Assembly: GCA_937965695.1 (NCBI GenBank)
Contig: CALCKW010000006.1
Coordinates: 37,717-101,716 of the forward strand
Direction of reading: 5' to 3'
Source of the DNA: an uncultured Granulosicoccaceae bacterium
GTDB lineage: Bacteria; Pseudomonadota; Gammaproteobacteria; CALCKW01
DNA length: 64,000 bases
Shown here: positions 50,271 through 61,690 of the stretch, piece by piece
Numbering within the stretch: the first letter of the stretch is position 1
Layout of the letters: every line of letters starts with the position of its first letter
The notes under the pieces: generated by a model
The model's input: the letters and a program-made list of their open reading frames with translations, nothing else
What the model was told of the DNA's origin: nothing
Databases searched by the model: none
Position numbers and translations under genes: made by a program

Positions 50271-51371
50271 CTAAACCTCCCGCGACTCGAAATCAATGCG
50301 TGGGTCAATCAGTTGATACATGATATCCCCCAATAACTGCAGCACTAATCCCAATAATGTGAATATATATAGCGTTGCAAATACAACAGGGTAATCGCGA
50401 TTTATCGCTGCTTCAAAGCCTAATAGTCCTAGACCGTCGAGACTGAAAATAACTTCTATGAGCAGTGAACCCGTAAATAGAATTCCGATAAAAGCACTGG
50501 GGAATCCGGCGATTACAATCAACATTGCGTTGCGAAACACATGACCGTACAGCACCTGCTGTTCACTCAAGCCTTTAGCCCGCGCCGTCTCAACGTACTG
50601 CATGCGAATTTGATCGAGAAAGGAATTTTTGGTCAACATCGTTAGGCTGGCAAAACCACCGATGACCATCGAAAGCACCGGCAGACAGATGTGCCAGAAA
50701 TAGTCTTTGATTTTCCCCCAATCCGATAGCTGATCGAAATTGTCGGAGGTCAAACCGCGCAACGGAAAGACATCCCAGTAGCGACCACCCGCAAATAATA
50801 CGATCAGTAGGATGGCAAAAAGAAACCCAGGAATAGCATTACCCACCACGACAGCCATCGACGTCCACGTATCGAAGCGCCCACCGTCGCGAACAGCCTT
50901 GTGCACGCCCAGCGGAATTGAAATCAGATAAACCAGCAGTGTTGTCCACAAGCCGAGTGTTATCGAAACAGGAAGCTTCTCGCGAATCAGTTCAATAACA
51001 CTGGCATCACGAAAGTAGCTATCGCCGAAATCAAAGCGCAAATAGCTGCTAATCATAATGAAAAAGCGTTCATGTGCAGGCTTGTCAAAGCCAAACTGAG
51101 CTTCTATCTCGGCGATAATATCTGGCCGTAGGCCCTGCGCGCCCCGGTACTTATTTCCTTGAGCAGCTCCCGCAGCAGCTCCATCACCACCCCCACCACT
51201 AAAGCGCGAAGTAGCACTGGCGGTCTGGCCCTGCAATTCGGCTAGTACCTGTTCCACAGGGCCACCAGGGGCAAATTGAATAATGGCAAAATTGATCAAC
51301 ATGATCCCAAACAGTGTGGGAACCATTAGCGCGACACGGCGCAAGATGTAATTCAACATGGAATCTGCCAA
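50271..51371 (-). CDS. yejB: ABC transporter permease (Opp/Dpp-B-like)
   Basis: 366 aa with EAA motif region ([24 protein letters not shown]). Confidence 0.75.
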   Translation of the reverse strand: MADSMLNYILRRVALMVPTLFGIMLINFAIIQFAPGGPVEQVLAELQGQTASATSRFSGGGGDGAAAGAAQGNKYRGAQGLRPDIIAEIEAQFGFDKPAHERFFIMISSYLRFDFGDSYFRDASVIELIREKLPVSITLGLWTTLLVYLISIPLGVHKAVRDGGRFDTWTSMAVVVGNAIPGFLFAILLIVLFAGGRYWDVFPLRGLTSDNFDQLSDWGKIKDYFWHICLPVLSMVIGGFASLTMLTKNSFLDQIRMQYVETARAKGLSEQQVLYGHVFRNAMLIVIAGFPSAFIGILFTGSLLIEVIFSLDGLGLLGFEAAINRDYPVVFATLYIFTLLGLVLQLLGDIMYQLIDPRIDFESREV

Positions 51372-51498
51372 ACACTCGAGAAGTAGCGTGATGTAGAGCT
51401 TAGTTCATCGCGCCGAGCAAAAGGATGCCTACTAACAGGTATAGCCATGCATTCAGCCGAGGGCAGCAATGGCAGGGTATGCTGACGCGCGAAGCTAA

Positions 51499-51810
51499 CT
51501 AAGCGTCAGAAGCCAATACGTAGATCGCACGCTCAGCGATCATCTCTTTTGTTTTAGCACCGTAGCTGGCCATATGAGGCGCTGCCGCGTGTGCTTTTAG
51601 AGCGGCATCAGTGGACCACTTTTCAATGACCATAAAGCCGTCATCACCCAACGGTGAGGCAAGACCAGAAAAACCTGCCGCATCAACAACAGGTTGATAC
51701 TCGATGCAACCGTCTTCTGCATGTACTGCAGGCATGTTGGCGCGAAACAATGCGAGTACTGCAGCTCTTTGGCCAGGCTTGGTGGTGATATGAGCGACAA
51801 CGTGGATCAT
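51499..51810 (-). CDS. Antibiotic-biosynthesis-monooxygenase (ABM) domain protein, putative quinol monooxygenase
   Basis: 103 aa. MIHVVAHITTKPGQRAAVL…EDGCIEYQ…FMVIEKWSTDAALKAH is the ABM ferredoxin-like fold pattern. Confidence 0.65.
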   Translation of the reverse strand: MIHVVAHITTKPGQRAAVLALFRANMPAVHAEDGCIEYQPVVDAAGFSGLASPLGDDGFMVIEKWSTDAALKAHAAAPHMASYGAKTKEMIAERAIYVLASDA

Positions 51811-51915
51811 GTGATAAATACCTTTTTAATTTGCACGAGAAAAACATGCATGAGTTTAAAGTTTGCCGGTTAAATAATAAAAAGCTATTCAGTATTTTTT
51901 GTTAGGGCATGTCCC

Positions 51916-52518
51916 TCACTGCAACTCTATCGCTAGTCTAGGCCCCGATCTCAAGCGATAGCTCATGACGCGTAAATTTCGCTTTGCACCTTGCTCTGCG
52001 TAGACGCGCCCAGCCCAATCGTAACGATTGCCGCGGCAGCGATCGACAAACCCTCCAAGCCAAGATCGTCCTTGAAACTCACCTCCGGCAGGCAACGCTT
52101 GTACGGGGCAATTGAGCTCGGTGCCCAATGCTTCTAGTACAATCCACGCTGCTTGAGTTCCTCTGTGTACAGGGTCCACGCCGCTTGGCTCGTTGTTTTG
52201 CCAAGAGCTTGCGTCATTCAATCCGATGTCGGACAAACTTTGCAGCTGCGCTTGATCGCGATGCACCACGATTATCGGCTGCTTGCCGATCGAAAAAGTG
52301 TGTGATTGCCCCTCTTCTATATCAGAAACGTTGAGTTGATACCTCGCTACTTTGGTTTGCTGATCGCTGCCAAGCCCCGCCAAGCACCAATAAATAAAAC
52401 CCAGTAACATTGCCCAACCCATCAACTTAAGCAGTCGCGACAACCACAATCGCGTCTTTCGACGCGCATCCGAAGTATTCTGACGCAGTGAGCCTTGATC
52501 ACGAGATTGATCAACCAT
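51916..52518 (-). CDS. Hypothetical membrane-anchored protein
   Basis: 200 aa with one N-terminal TM (LMGWAMLLGFIYWCLAGL). No motif recognised. Confidence 0.4.
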   Translation of the reverse strand: MVDQSRDQGSLRQNTSDARRKTRLWLSRLLKLMGWAMLLGFIYWCLAGLGSDQQTKVARYQLNVSDIEEGQSHTFSIGKQPIIVVHRDQAQLQSLSDIGLNDASSWQNNEPSGVDPVHRGTQAAWIVLEALGTELNCPVQALPAGGEFQGRSWLGGFVDRCRGNRYDWAGRVYAEQGAKRNLRVMSYRLRSGPRLAIELQ

Positions 52519-52589
52519 GCAAAGACAAGCCTATAGACCTAAACATGGATCAGCCACAAAGGCAGAGCTAGGCTTCTTGGAAATTATAA

Positions 52590-53672
52590 TCAACGGGGAA
52601 ATCGCGAGCTCTGCAATCGCTCCCACCAGCGCAAAGCCACTGTGTCCAAGACATCTGCCGCTCCAAAGCCTAGCTTTTCACGCAGTGTTTTGCGAGCGGT
52701 ATACCGCACTTCATAAACATCCATCTCTTTGCAGCGCTCGAGTAAAAGCTCATCAGATGTTTTGATTTCGTCGATCAGCTTAACACCGAGCGCTCGCTTG
52801 CCGTACCACGTTTCGCCAGTGGCAACTTCTTCAATCTGCACTTGCGGACGGTGCTCACTCACAAATTCTTTGAACAACGTGTGTGTGTCTTCCAGCTCCT
52901 CTACAAACTTCTGTCGACCTTCATCGGTGTTTTCACCGAGCATAGTCAAAGTACGTTTGTACTCACCGGCTGTCAGCAGCTCAAAGTCGACATCGTTCTT
53001 TTTAAGCAGACGGTGAAAGTTAGGTAGCTGAGCGACCACGCCAATCGATCCCAGGATCGCAAAGGGTGCGGCAACAATTCGATTGGCAACACAAGCCATC
53101 ATATACCCACCGCTCGCGGCGACTTTATCCACGCAAGCAGTCAGTGGGATCTTTGCTTGAATGATGCGATCGAGCTGAGAAGAGGCCAACCCGTAGCTGT
53201 GTACCATACCGCCGGGGCTTTCGAGGCGTATAACCACTTCGTCGCCGTGACGCGCTACTGCCAACACACTGGTAATTTCACGGCGCAAGTTTTCATTGGC
53301 GGAGGCTCGGATGTCGCCGTCAAAGTTCAATACGTAGACGGTATTGCGCTCAGGCTGCTCTGGAGCAGGCTGCTTGCCACCCAACCGTTTACGCGCCAGC
53401 TTGGCCTCTTTACGGCGCTGCTTACGTTCAATCTTTTTCTTTGCTTTGAGCGCTTTTTCCTCGCGCTTTAGCTGATCGTCGTCGAGCATGGACTCACGCA
53501 AGGTGTCGCGTAGATCATCTAGTTGATCATTGAGTTTTCGCACCTCAATCTGCCCTTCTTCATCGGGTACTTCTCGCCTACTAAAGATAAATCCAATGAG
53601 TACCAAAGCAGCCAAAAGCACTGTCACAACCTTCGCGAAAAACAAACCATAGTCGAGCAGAAAAGCCGTCAC
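52590..53672 (-). CDS. sohB: Protease SohB (peptidase family S49)
   Basis: 360 aa. N-terminal TM, a lysine-rich linker, and an S49 ClpP/crotonase-fold domain (VYVLNFDGDIRAS…GGYMMACVANRIVAAP). Confidence 0.8.
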   Translation of the reverse strand: MTAFLLDYGLFFAKVVTVLLAALVLIGFIFSRREVPDEEGQIEVRKLNDQLDDLRDTLRESMLDDDQLKREEKALKAKKKIERKQRRKEAKLARKRLGGKQPAPEQPERNTVYVLNFDGDIRASANENLRREITSVLAVARHGDEVVIRLESPGGMVHSYGLASSQLDRIIQAKIPLTACVDKVAASGGYMMACVANRIVAAPFAILGSIGVVAQLPNFHRLLKKNDVDFELLTAGEYKRTLTMLGENTDEGRQKFVEELEDTHTLFKEFVSEHRPQVQIEEVATGETWYGKRALGVKLIDEIKTSDELLLERCKEMDVYEVRYTARKTLREKLGFGAADVLDTVALRWWERLQSSRFPR

Positions 53673-53848
53673 GAGTAATCCTCGATGAGAAAAAAACTAA
53701 TAATAGCGTCATCCCGCCACCCTGTGCGCGATCTTCTGTTACACAGGTCGATTTCGTCGCATTGGGGGGCGCTCACATTCACCCCTAACACCACAGTTTA
53801 TTGATATAAAATACCTACAATTCTATACATCTAACGAGGCAGAGATTG

Positions 53849-54718
53849 ATGGCAACGATTATCGACGGCAAAGCAACAGCTGCGGCCCTGCGAGAAAAAC
53901 TGACGGTTGAGGTCGCGCAGATTGTCGAAAGTACCGGCATTCGACCTGGCTTGGCAGTTGTGCTGGTGGGCGAAGATCCCGCTAGTCAGGTCTATGTGCG
54001 CAACAAGGCTAAATCCACCAAAGAAGTTGGTATGTTGTCGCGGGAGCATCGCCTTCCCGCTGACACATCAGAGGAAGACCTGCTCAAGATGGTTGAGCAA
54101 CTTAACAATGACCCTGATATCCACGGAATATTGGTGCAGCTGCCCGTTCCCGCACACATCGACGCTGAAAAAGTTCTGGATGCGATTGATCCAGACAAGG
54201 ACGTAGATGGTTTTCACGTCATTAACAGCGGTCGCTTAGCTGTTGGCCAACGAGGATTAGTGCCGTGCACACCACTGGGTTGCCTAATGATGCTCAAGAG
54301 CACCTTAGGCGATTTGAGCGGTCTAAATGCCGTTGTCGTTGGCCGTAGCAACATTGTAGGCAAACCCATGGCTCAGCTGCTGTTGCAAGAGAGCTGCACG
54401 GTTACTATTGCCCACTCGAGGACCAAAGACCTACCAGCGGTCTGTCGTGCCGCCGACATTGTTGTCGCTGCTGTCGGCCGTCCAGAAATGGTCAAAGGGG
54501 ATTGGATAGCACCAGGTGCCACCGTTATCGATGTAGGCATAAATCGGATCGAAGGTGAAAACGGCAAAACGCGCCTTGTGGGTGATGTGGCTTTTGACGA
54601 AGCCGCTGAGCACGCGAGTGCAATCACACCAGTTCCTGGTGGAGTTGGCCCAATGACCATCGCCTGTCTTTTGCACAACACGGTTACGGCAATGAAGGCG
54701 ATTCATAAAATTAACTAA
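53849..54718 (+). CDS. folD: Bifunctional 5,10-methylene-THF dehydrogenase/cyclohydrolase
   Basis: [18 protein letters not shown]…YVRNKAK…GILVQLPVP…[18 protein letters not shown] are classic FolD motifs. ATG at 53849 with GAGG upstream. Confidence 0.9.
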   Translation: MATIIDGKATAAALREKLTVEVAQIVESTGIRPGLAVVLVGEDPASQVYVRNKAKSTKEVGMLSREHRLPADTSEEDLLKMVEQLNNDPDIHGILVQLPVPAHIDAEKVLDAIDPDKDVDGFHVINSGRLAVGQRGLVPCTPLGCLMMLKSTLGDLSGLNAVVVGRSNIVGKPMAQLLLQESCTVTIAHSRTKDLPAVCRAADIVVAAVGRPEMVKGDWIAPGATVIDVGINRIEGENGKTRLVGDVAFDEAAEHASAITPVPGGVGPMTIACLLHNTVTAMKAIHKIN

Positions 54719-54727
54719 TAAATCTTT

Positions 54728-54748
54728 GCCTGCAAGTTCCTTGCAGGC
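54728..54748. terminator. GC-rich hairpin just after folD (terminator-like or REP-like)
   Basis: GCCTGCAAG-ttc-CTTGCAGGC is a 9-bp perfect stem. There is no strong T-run, so intrinsic termination is uncertain. Confidence 0.3.
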
Positions 54749-55045
54749 ATATCACCCGCCGTTTTAAAGCAAATTGTGTCTGATCGTAGCGCTCGAAGTA
54801 CTTCAATCCTACAAACCGATCATCGTCAGCTAGCGCCTTTCCTCCCCGCAATAGAGACTTCCCACACAAAACGCCAAAACTGCTATATGTCATAGGGTGT
54901 AGTTGTTCCTTTGAGTGCATGCGCCAACCCAAAGATCGATGCTGCGGTGCCGCTAACACAGCAGTATTCCTTTCTTTCCTAAAAGAGAAGCCAATCTGAG
55001 AGCGCCTGTTCGTCTAACTACAGCGCCCCAACAGCCGAGCCATCG

Positions 55046-56617
55046 ATGCTTTTTAACGCAAAAGAATTTATTTTTCTCTTCTTACCCATCACCTTGGCTC
55101 TATTTTTCTGGCTGGGAAGCAATAAAGGGATAAGACCAGCAATCGCCTGGTTGGTCGCCGCAAGCTTATTTTTCTACGGGTATTTTAAGCCCGTCTATCT
55201 GCTTTTGATCGGCGGCTCGATCATCTTCAACTACTTGCTAGGCATCGCTATCGATGACCTGAAGCGCACAGGTAAACAGAAGTCCGCCAAGTGGCTCATG
55301 ATTTTCGGTGTGACGGCCAACCTAGCCAGCATTGCGCTGTTTAAATACGCTGACTTTATCATCGGCAACGTCAATGCCGTAGCGGGTAGCTCTTTTACTG
55401 AGTTAGGCTTGTTGTTACCTTTGGCAATCTCATTTTTTACTTTTCAACAAATTGCCTACCTAGCAGACTGTTATAACAAAGATGTCGTTGAGAGAGATTT
55501 TCTCAACTACTCCTTGTTTGTCACCTTTTTTCCCCAGCTAATCGCTGGTCCAATCGTTCACCACACCGAGATGCTGCCCCAATTCAGCAAACCCGGCATA
55601 GGTAAAATAAACTGGGAAAATATCACCGTTGGGCTGAGTATTTTTTCACTTGGCCTTTTTAAGAAAGTCATTATCGCCGACAACATTGCTACTTTTTCCG
55701 ACCCCGTTTACGCAGCCGCATTAGCTGGCCAAAGCCTGACTTTTCTAGAAGCTTGGGTGGCGGCACTAGGATACACGGTACAGTTGTATTTTGACTTCTC
55801 CGGCTACTCGGATATGGCTATTGGCCTAGCGCGAATGTTTGGCATTTTGCTGCCTCTGAACTTTAACTCACCCTACAAAGCCACCAATATTTCTGACTTT
55901 TGGCGCCGCTGGCACATGACCCTATCGCGCTTTTTGCGTGACTATCTCTATATCGCTCTCGGTGGAAATCGCGCGGGCCAATTGCGCCGATATGTCAATC
56001 TTGCAGTCACCATGGTACTCGGCGGATTGTGGCATGGGGCCGGTTGGACATTTATCATTTGGGGAGCACTTCACGGTGTATTTTTAGTGATAAACCAAGC
56101 GTGGCAGTGGTTCTGCAAAGAAGTGCTTGGCTTCACTGGAAAATCAACGTGGTATGGTCGCGCTGTAGCTCGGCTCCTGACATTTTTAGCAGTCGTCATC
56201 GCGTGGGTTTTCTTCAGAGCGGAGTCTCTGGACGCTGCTATGGCGGTCATAGCCGGCCTAGTCGGTGGCGACGGCTTTATTATTCCAGCACATTGGCAAC
56301 GCTACTTCGGCCCTGCTGCATCGCTGGTGCAAAGCATAGGCTTTGAGTTTGGCGAGTTGAACTACCTCAATCGAATAAGCGCTCTGCCCTTGATCGGTCT
56401 GTGTTTAGCCATCGCTTTTTGGATGCCAAACACGCAACAGATTATGCACCGCTTTGATCCCGCTCTAATGACAGACAAAAAACAACGCATTGTACCCACG
56501 ATTGCATTGTTGAGTTGGCGAGCAAACTTTATTTGGGTGGCAATTATATCCGTGATGGCAGCCTGGGCAGTTTTCGGCAGCACCACGACAAGCCAGTTCT
56601 TGTACTTTAACTTCTAG
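55046..56617 (+). CDS. MBOAT-family membrane-bound O-acyltransferase (AlgI/DltB/PatA-like)
   Basis: 523 aa polytopic protein. The conserved MBOAT His region is WRRWHMTLSRFLRDYLYIALGGNR. Confidence 0.8.
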   Translation: MLFNAKEFIFLFLPITLALFFWLGSNKGIRPAIAWLVAASLFFYGYFKPVYLLLIGGSIIFNYLLGIAIDDLKRTGKQKSAKWLMIFGVTANLASIALFKYADFIIGNVNAVAGSSFTELGLLLPLAISFFTFQQIAYLADCYNKDVVERDFLNYSLFVTFFPQLIAGPIVHHTEMLPQFSKPGIGKINWENITVGLSIFSLGLFKKVIIADNIATFSDPVYAAALAGQSLTFLEAWVAALGYTVQLYFDFSGYSDMAIGLARMFGILLPLNFNSPYKATNISDFWRRWHMTLSRFLRDYLYIALGGNRAGQLRRYVNLAVTMVLGGLWHGAGWTFIIWGALHGVFLVINQAWQWFCKEVLGFTGKSTWYGRAVARLLTFLAVVIAWVFFRAESLDAAMAVIAGLVGGDGFIIPAHWQRYFGPAASLVQSIGFEFGELNYLNRISALPLIGLCLAIAFWMPNTQQIMHRFDPALMTDKKQRIVPTIALLSWRANFIWVAIISVMAAWAVFGSTTTSQFLYFNF

Positions 56618-56626
56618 GGCACAGAG

Positions 56627-57604
56627 ATGACTGACGACAATACACAGTTTCTGCGCTACTTAAAACGGTTCGCTTTTATATTCGTTGTAGCAAGTGCAAT
56701 TATTTACGTGATGGCGAGATCCGATTTATTCCCGTGGATTGGTCCGTGCAGTGCTGAAGGCTATAGCGATGACCACTACCTAGCCTACTGTGAATATGGA
56801 CGCTATGGTGATTTCGAACACGGTGCCCTGCTCTATGGCATGGAGCCGGGTGTGGTGGATCCAGTTAAAAAATCGGACATTTTGTTCCTCGGCAATAGCC
56901 GGGCACAGTACGCCTTCTCTACAAAGGCAAGCATCGCAGCAATGGATGCGTCAGGCGTGCCATGGTATGCCATGGGATTTGGTTTTGGTGCCAAGAGCGA
57001 CATGCCAGAAGCGATGTTCAAGGCCCACGAACTAACACCTAAATTAGTAGTGATCAACGCAGACCCGTTCTTTTCGGAAAGTGCCGCAGGACTTAGCGGA
57101 AAAGTGCTAGCGGGCGGAGACGCTTTTAAAGCCGAATACGGCAAAAAGCGCAAACTACAAGATATTCACCCTAACCTGTGTGATCGATTTGGCGAAGGCC
57201 CTTGGACAAGGCTCACCTGCGGGAGCAAACCTACCCTGTTTAGAGCTCGCAGCAATGGAACTTGGAACGTTGAGCACTATCGTCCCGATCAGCACATACC
57301 CGTTGTCTATAGCGATACGCACCAGATGAATCAAGTGCAAGACACCGTCACTGCTGCCAATCTATTTTTCGAAAATACGGGTATAGATCGCAGCTGTGTC
57401 GTTCTGACAGTTACACCTCAAAGCCCAACTCCAGTCGCCGCCACTCGAGAAGTCGCCAAACAACTTGATGTAGCTTTTATATTCCCACAGCTGGACGACT
57501 TGTGGACAATCGACGCGTCTCATTTGGACGTACCAAGCGGCGAGCGCTGGTCTGCAGAATTTATGCGAGAATTGGCACCGCATATTGAACGTTGCACAAG
57601 TTAG
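56627..57604 (+). CDS. Periplasmic partner protein of the MBOAT acyltransferase (AlgJ/AlgX/DltD/PatB-like role inferred from context)
   Basis: 325 aa with an N-terminal TM anchor. Its start is 10 bp after the MBOAT stop. The family assignment rests on context only. Confidence 0.45.
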   Translation: MTDDNTQFLRYLKRFAFIFVVASAIIYVMARSDLFPWIGPCSAEGYSDDHYLAYCEYGRYGDFEHGALLYGMEPGVVDPVKKSDILFLGNSRAQYAFSTKASIAAMDASGVPWYAMGFGFGAKSDMPEAMFKAHELTPKLVVINADPFFSESAAGLSGKVLAGGDAFKAEYGKKRKLQDIHPNLCDRFGEGPWTRLTCGSKPTLFRARSNGTWNVEHYRPDQHIPVVYSDTHQMNQVQDTVTAANLFFENTGIDRSCVVLTVTPQSPTPVAATREVAKQLDVAFIFPQLDDLWTIDASHLDVPSGERWSAEFMRELAPHIERCTS

Positions 57605-57686
57605 GAGGTTGGCACAACTGAGTAAATAATGAACAGACCAGCGGCTGAAGGCATTTTTAAACCGTTGTGACTTTGCTTTATCAACG

Positions 57687-58628
57687 TTACAAATCTGTCT
57701 TACGAGCAATCAGTCGCAGAGGCTTCAGCGTCTCTTGCTTGCAATAACCCAAGCCTAAAAACATGCCATAAGGGCAATAGACCCTCATCGTATCGCAGTC
57801 CTCAACACCAATAGCCGACACCGGATTACCCGAACAAAAAACCTCTAATTGTCCATCATCTAGCAGTTGTTGCCCCGGCAGGTGCTTCAACGCGCTATCC
57901 ACAGGAATAAGCAAAGCATCCATTTCTGGTTTGTTGTAACCCGGGCTGGTTTTCGCCAATTCTTCAATAACATCTGGATCTTGCATCGCCAAGCCCTCGA
58001 AGGGTTCAACCCAATCGCGATGCAGAAGTGTGGTGTGCGCACCGCACCCAAGCGCTTCGCCTAAATCTTCAATAAGGGTGCGAATGTAGGTACCTTTCGA
58101 ACAACTTATTCGAAATTTAAGCGAGCTTTTTACTTCACTAACTAGCTCAAACTTATCGATATTAATCTTACGTTTTTCTCGCTCGACAGTCTTACCTGCA
58201 CGCGCTAATTTGTACAACGGTGTGCCATCAACTTTCAAAGCCGAGTGCATGGGTGGCACCTGATCAATTTCACCACGGAACTTATCTAGGACGCCCGGCA
58301 AAATTTCAGCTAAATTCTGGGGTATAGGGCGTTGATCGAACAGCTCGCCTTCCAAGTCCCCTGTTGTAGAGCGGGCACCTAACGTTGCTTCAGCCGTGTA
58401 TTGTTTATTTGCATCAAGCAAATGATGAGCAGCAAACTTAGTGGCTTCACCAAAACAGATGGGCAGCATACCGCTGGCTTTGGGATCGAGACTACCGGTA
58501 TGGCCTGCTTTAGCAGCCCCATAGAGCCGTCGGCAAGCTTGCACAACGCCGTGGGAACTCACACCGAGAGGTTTATCGACTAAGAGGATGCCGTCGAGTG
58601 CTCGACCTCGACGGTTGAGTCTAGACAT
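57687..58628 (-). CDS. truB: tRNA pseudouridine(55) synthase
   Basis: LLVDKPLGVSSH…GHTGSLDPKASGMLPICFGEATK. Confidence 0.9.
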   Translation of the reverse strand: MSRLNRRGRALDGILLVDKPLGVSSHGVVQACRRLYGAAKAGHTGSLDPKASGMLPICFGEATKFAAHHLLDANKQYTAEATLGARSTTGDLEGELFDQRPIPQNLAEILPGVLDKFRGEIDQVPPMHSALKVDGTPLYKLARAGKTVEREKRKINIDKFELVSEVKSSLKFRISCSKGTYIRTLIEDLGEALGCGAHTTLLHRDWVEPFEGLAMQDPDVIEELAKTSPGYNKPEMDALLIPVDSALKHLPGQQLLDDGQLEVFCSGNPVSAIGVEDCDTMRVYCPYGMFLGLGYCKQETLKPLRLIARKTDL

Positions 58629-58637
58629 GGGAGCAGA

Positions 58638-59012
58638 CTAATCGTCGTTATCGGTGAGCTTGCGATCGCGCTCTACCGCGTCGTTGATAACACGACTGAT
58701 CTTTTCTGCTTTAAGCGCTGTGTCATCGAGAATAAATCGAAGCTCTGGCACATGACGAAGCTTCATTATGGACGCGAGCTTACGCCTTAAAAACCCTGAG
58801 GCTTTTTGCAGTGCCGGCACGGTCTCAGCATCTTCCCCATCGTCAACGGCTGAGATGTAAATCTTTGCCAGCGACAAATCTGAGGTGACATCGACTTCAC
58901 AGATCGTCGCGAAAGCCGAGACGCGCGGGTCTCGGACCTCATCACGAATCAGCTGAGCAAGTTCTCGTTGAATTTGATCCGCTACGCGGTATTGTCTAGT
59001 CGTGTTTGCCAT
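58638..59012 (-). CDS. rbfA: Ribosome-binding factor A
   Basis: 124 aa. RVADQIQRELAQLIRDEVRDPR is the RbfA N-terminus. Lies in the nusA-infB operon position. Confidence 0.85.
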   Translation of the reverse strand: MANTTRQYRVADQIQRELAQLIRDEVRDPRVSAFATICEVDVTSDLSLAKIYISAVDDGEDAETVPALQKASGFLRRKLASIMKLRHVPELRFILDDTALKAEKISRVINDAVERDRKLTDNDD

Positions 59013-59021
59013 GCCAATGCT

Positions 59022-61667
59022 CTAAAGTGAACGCGCCACTTCTTTGCGTTCAAAGACTTCGATTTGATCGCCTGCTCGAACATCGTAATTCTTAACAGCG
59101 ATTCCGCACTCGGTACCCATTCGAACTTCGTTGACGTCGTCTTTAAAGCGACGCAGCGATTCCAGCTCGCCTTCGAAGATAACAATGTTATCGCGCAATA
59201 CCCGGATAGGCGCGCTCTTACGGACCACACCATCGACAACTGAACAACCCGCTGCCTGGCCAAACTTGGGAGAGCGGAACACGTCTTTAACTTCGGCAAG
59301 GCCGATGATGTTTTCGAGTACTTCAGGGGCCAACAAACCACTACCTACACCGCGCACCATATCGATGGCATCGTAAATAACACTGTAATAGTGCAAGTCG
59401 ACACTCTGCTCTTGGATCACTGTTCTGGCAGATGCATCCGCTCGAGTGTTAAAGCCGATTAAAATCGCCCCAGAAGCTGCGGCTAGAGTCGCATCAGACT
59501 CGTTTATTCCACCAACGCCACCACCGATAACCCGGATCTGCACTTCATCGTTAGACAGTTTTTCAAGCGACTCGCGCAGTGCTTCGTAGCTACCTTGCAC
59601 GTCAGTCTTAACAACCAAGTTAACCATGGCCTTCTGGCCGCTTTTAACTTTGGAAAAGATATCTTCCATACTAGCTGGCTTACGTTCTGCTAAGCGCAAA
59701 TTGCGCTCACGTTCGCGACGCAGTTCGATCAACTCACGTGCATCTCGATCATCTGCGGCTACCTGCATTTCGTCACCCGCATTAGGTGTTCCAGATAGGC
59801 CCAGAACCTGAACGGGAATTGAAGGACCAGCGACTTCTACCTGCTGACCTTTTTCATCAAACATGGCTCGAACGCGACCCACCTGAGTACCACAGACAAT
59901 GATGTCGCCACGATTGAGCGTGCCACCCTGGACCAGGACAGTCGCAACAGGGCCACGTCCACGATCAAGCGTCGCTTCGATAACCATGCCTTGAGCACGA
60001 CCTGCTGCCGGGGCTTTTAATTCTAACAATTCGGCTTGTAGCAAGAGGGATTCAAGCAAGTCGTCGATGCCTTCACCTGTTATGGCAGAAACATGCTTGA
60101 ACTGCGTATCACCGCCCCACTCTTCAGAGATGACTTCGTGGTTTGATAATTCGCTGCGTACTCGCTCTGTATCAGCTGCCTCACGATCGATTTTATTGAC
60201 CGCAACAACCAGAGGCACACCTGCAGCCTTTGCATGCTGAATTGCCTCAATGGTTTGTGGCATGACTCCGTCATCCGCAGCGACAACCAAAATAACTATA
60301 TCGGTTGCCTGCGCACCACGAGCACGCATTGCAGTAAACGCCGCGTGTCCGGGAGTATCTAAAAAGGTTACGACACCTTTGTCAGTCTCTACGTGATAAG
60401 CACCGATATGCTGGGTTATTCCACCCGCTTCACCGGAGGTGACGCGTGTTTTACGGATATGGTCCAGTAAAGAAGTTTTACCATGATCAACATGACCCAT
60501 GACAGTAACAACCGGAGGACGAGTAGTCGCCTCACCTTGCATACCGACCAACTTCTGGGTCAATTCACGCTCAACATTTTCGTCCGATTGAGAAACGGCT
60601 TTATGGCCCATTTCTTCGACAATTAACAACGCTGTGTCGTGATCAAGAACTTGGTTTATTGTCGCCATGACTCCCATACCCATGAGAGTACGGATAACTT
60701 GGCCTGCCTTGATTGACATTCTGTCGGCCAGCTCGGCTACTGAAATTGTCTCAGGTACGACAACGTCACGAACGACCGGCGCTACTGGTTTTTCAAAACC
60801 ATGGCGCTGTTCGATTTCAGCCGTTTGAGCACCACCTAAACCACGGCGCTTTGGCCCACGACCCGGCTTATCACGGCCACCTGGTTTCTTACGACCAAGT
60901 TTGCCACCTCCGCCGCCGCCTTCGTTACGACCACCTGATCCACCACCGCCACGACGGTTGTCGGATCGGCCTTTGTCTTTAGCTTTTGAGGGGGCTGCTT
61001 TACGAGCCGGCGCCGCCGCGGGGGCTTCTGCAGAAGCTGCTGCCGCAGACGCGTCAGCGAGCATTTCAGCATTCGGCTGTACCACTGCAGTTGCAGGTTT
61101 TTCTGTTGCAGGCTTAGACTTTGCTGTCGGCGCTTCATCTGCTACTTCAGGTTTTGTTGGGGCTTCTGCAGCAACAGGCTCTACGGCCGCTTGATCAGCT
61201 TCTTTCCCAGCCTGTTCACGCGCTTGCTGTTTCTGCTCTGCTTCAACGCGTTTGGCATCTTCAGCTGCCAAGCGACGCTCTTCCATCGCCTTAAGCTCGG
61301 CTTCCTCGCGTTCGCGCTCAGAACGAATGGTAGAAGGAGCCTTTTCACTTGTTTCAGCTTCCGCAACACTACGTTTGACGAGCGTTCGACGTCCACGTAC
61401 TTCTACGTTGACAGTCTTTTTACCGCTAGCCGCACTGCCCACTTTGAGTGTCGAAGCACTCTTGCGTTTCAGTGTTATTTTGCGACTGCCGCCGTCTTCC
61501 TTACCATGCGCACGGCGCAGATGCTCCAGCAGCTTGGATTTTTCTTCCGCACTGACAGAATCTCCTCCTGTCTTTTTTTCCACGCCAGATTCCCGGAGCT
61601 GCTCCAGTAAGCGCTCAACGGGGGTACCGACGGTATCGGCTAATTGTTTTACTGTCACTTCTGCCAT
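59022..61667 (-). CDS. infB: Translation initiation factor IF-2
   Basis: 881 aa. G-domain [16 protein letters not shown]…DTPGHAAF…NKID, a low-complexity N-terminal domain, and a C-terminal IF2 fold. Confidence 0.95.
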   Translation of the reverse strand: MAEVTVKQLADTVGTPVERLLEQLRESGVEKKTGGDSVSAEEKSKLLEHLRRAHGKEDGGSRKITLKRKSASTLKVGSAASGKKTVNVEVRGRRTLVKRSVAEAETSEKAPSTIRSEREREEAELKAMEERRLAAEDAKRVEAEQKQQAREQAGKEADQAAVEPVAAEAPTKPEVADEAPTAKSKPATEKPATAVVQPNAEMLADASAAAASAEAPAAAPARKAAPSKAKDKGRSDNRRGGGGSGGRNEGGGGGGKLGRKKPGGRDKPGRGPKRRGLGGAQTAEIEQRHGFEKPVAPVVRDVVVPETISVAELADRMSIKAGQVIRTLMGMGVMATINQVLDHDTALLIVEEMGHKAVSQSDENVERELTQKLVGMQGEATTRPPVVTVMGHVDHGKTSLLDHIRKTRVTSGEAGGITQHIGAYHVETDKGVVTFLDTPGHAAFTAMRARGAQATDIVILVVAADDGVMPQTIEAIQHAKAAGVPLVVAVNKIDREAADTERVRSELSNHEVISEEWGGDTQFKHVSAITGEGIDDLLESLLLQAELLELKAPAAGRAQGMVIEATLDRGRGPVATVLVQGGTLNRGDIIVCGTQVGRVRAMFDEKGQQVEVAGPSIPVQVLGLSGTPNAGDEMQVAADDRDARELIELRRERERNLRLAERKPASMEDIFSKVKSGQKAMVNLVVKTDVQGSYEALRESLEKLSNDEVQIRVIGGGVGGINESDATLAAASGAILIGFNTRADASARTVIQEQSVDLHYYSVIYDAIDMVRGVGSGLLAPEVLENIIGLAEVKDVFRSPKFGQAAGCSVVDGVVRKSAPIRVLRDNIVIFEGELESLRRFKDDVNEVRMGTECGIAVKNYDVRAGDQIEVFERKEVARSL

Positions 61668-61690
61668 TCCGGACTACTCCTTACCGACGA

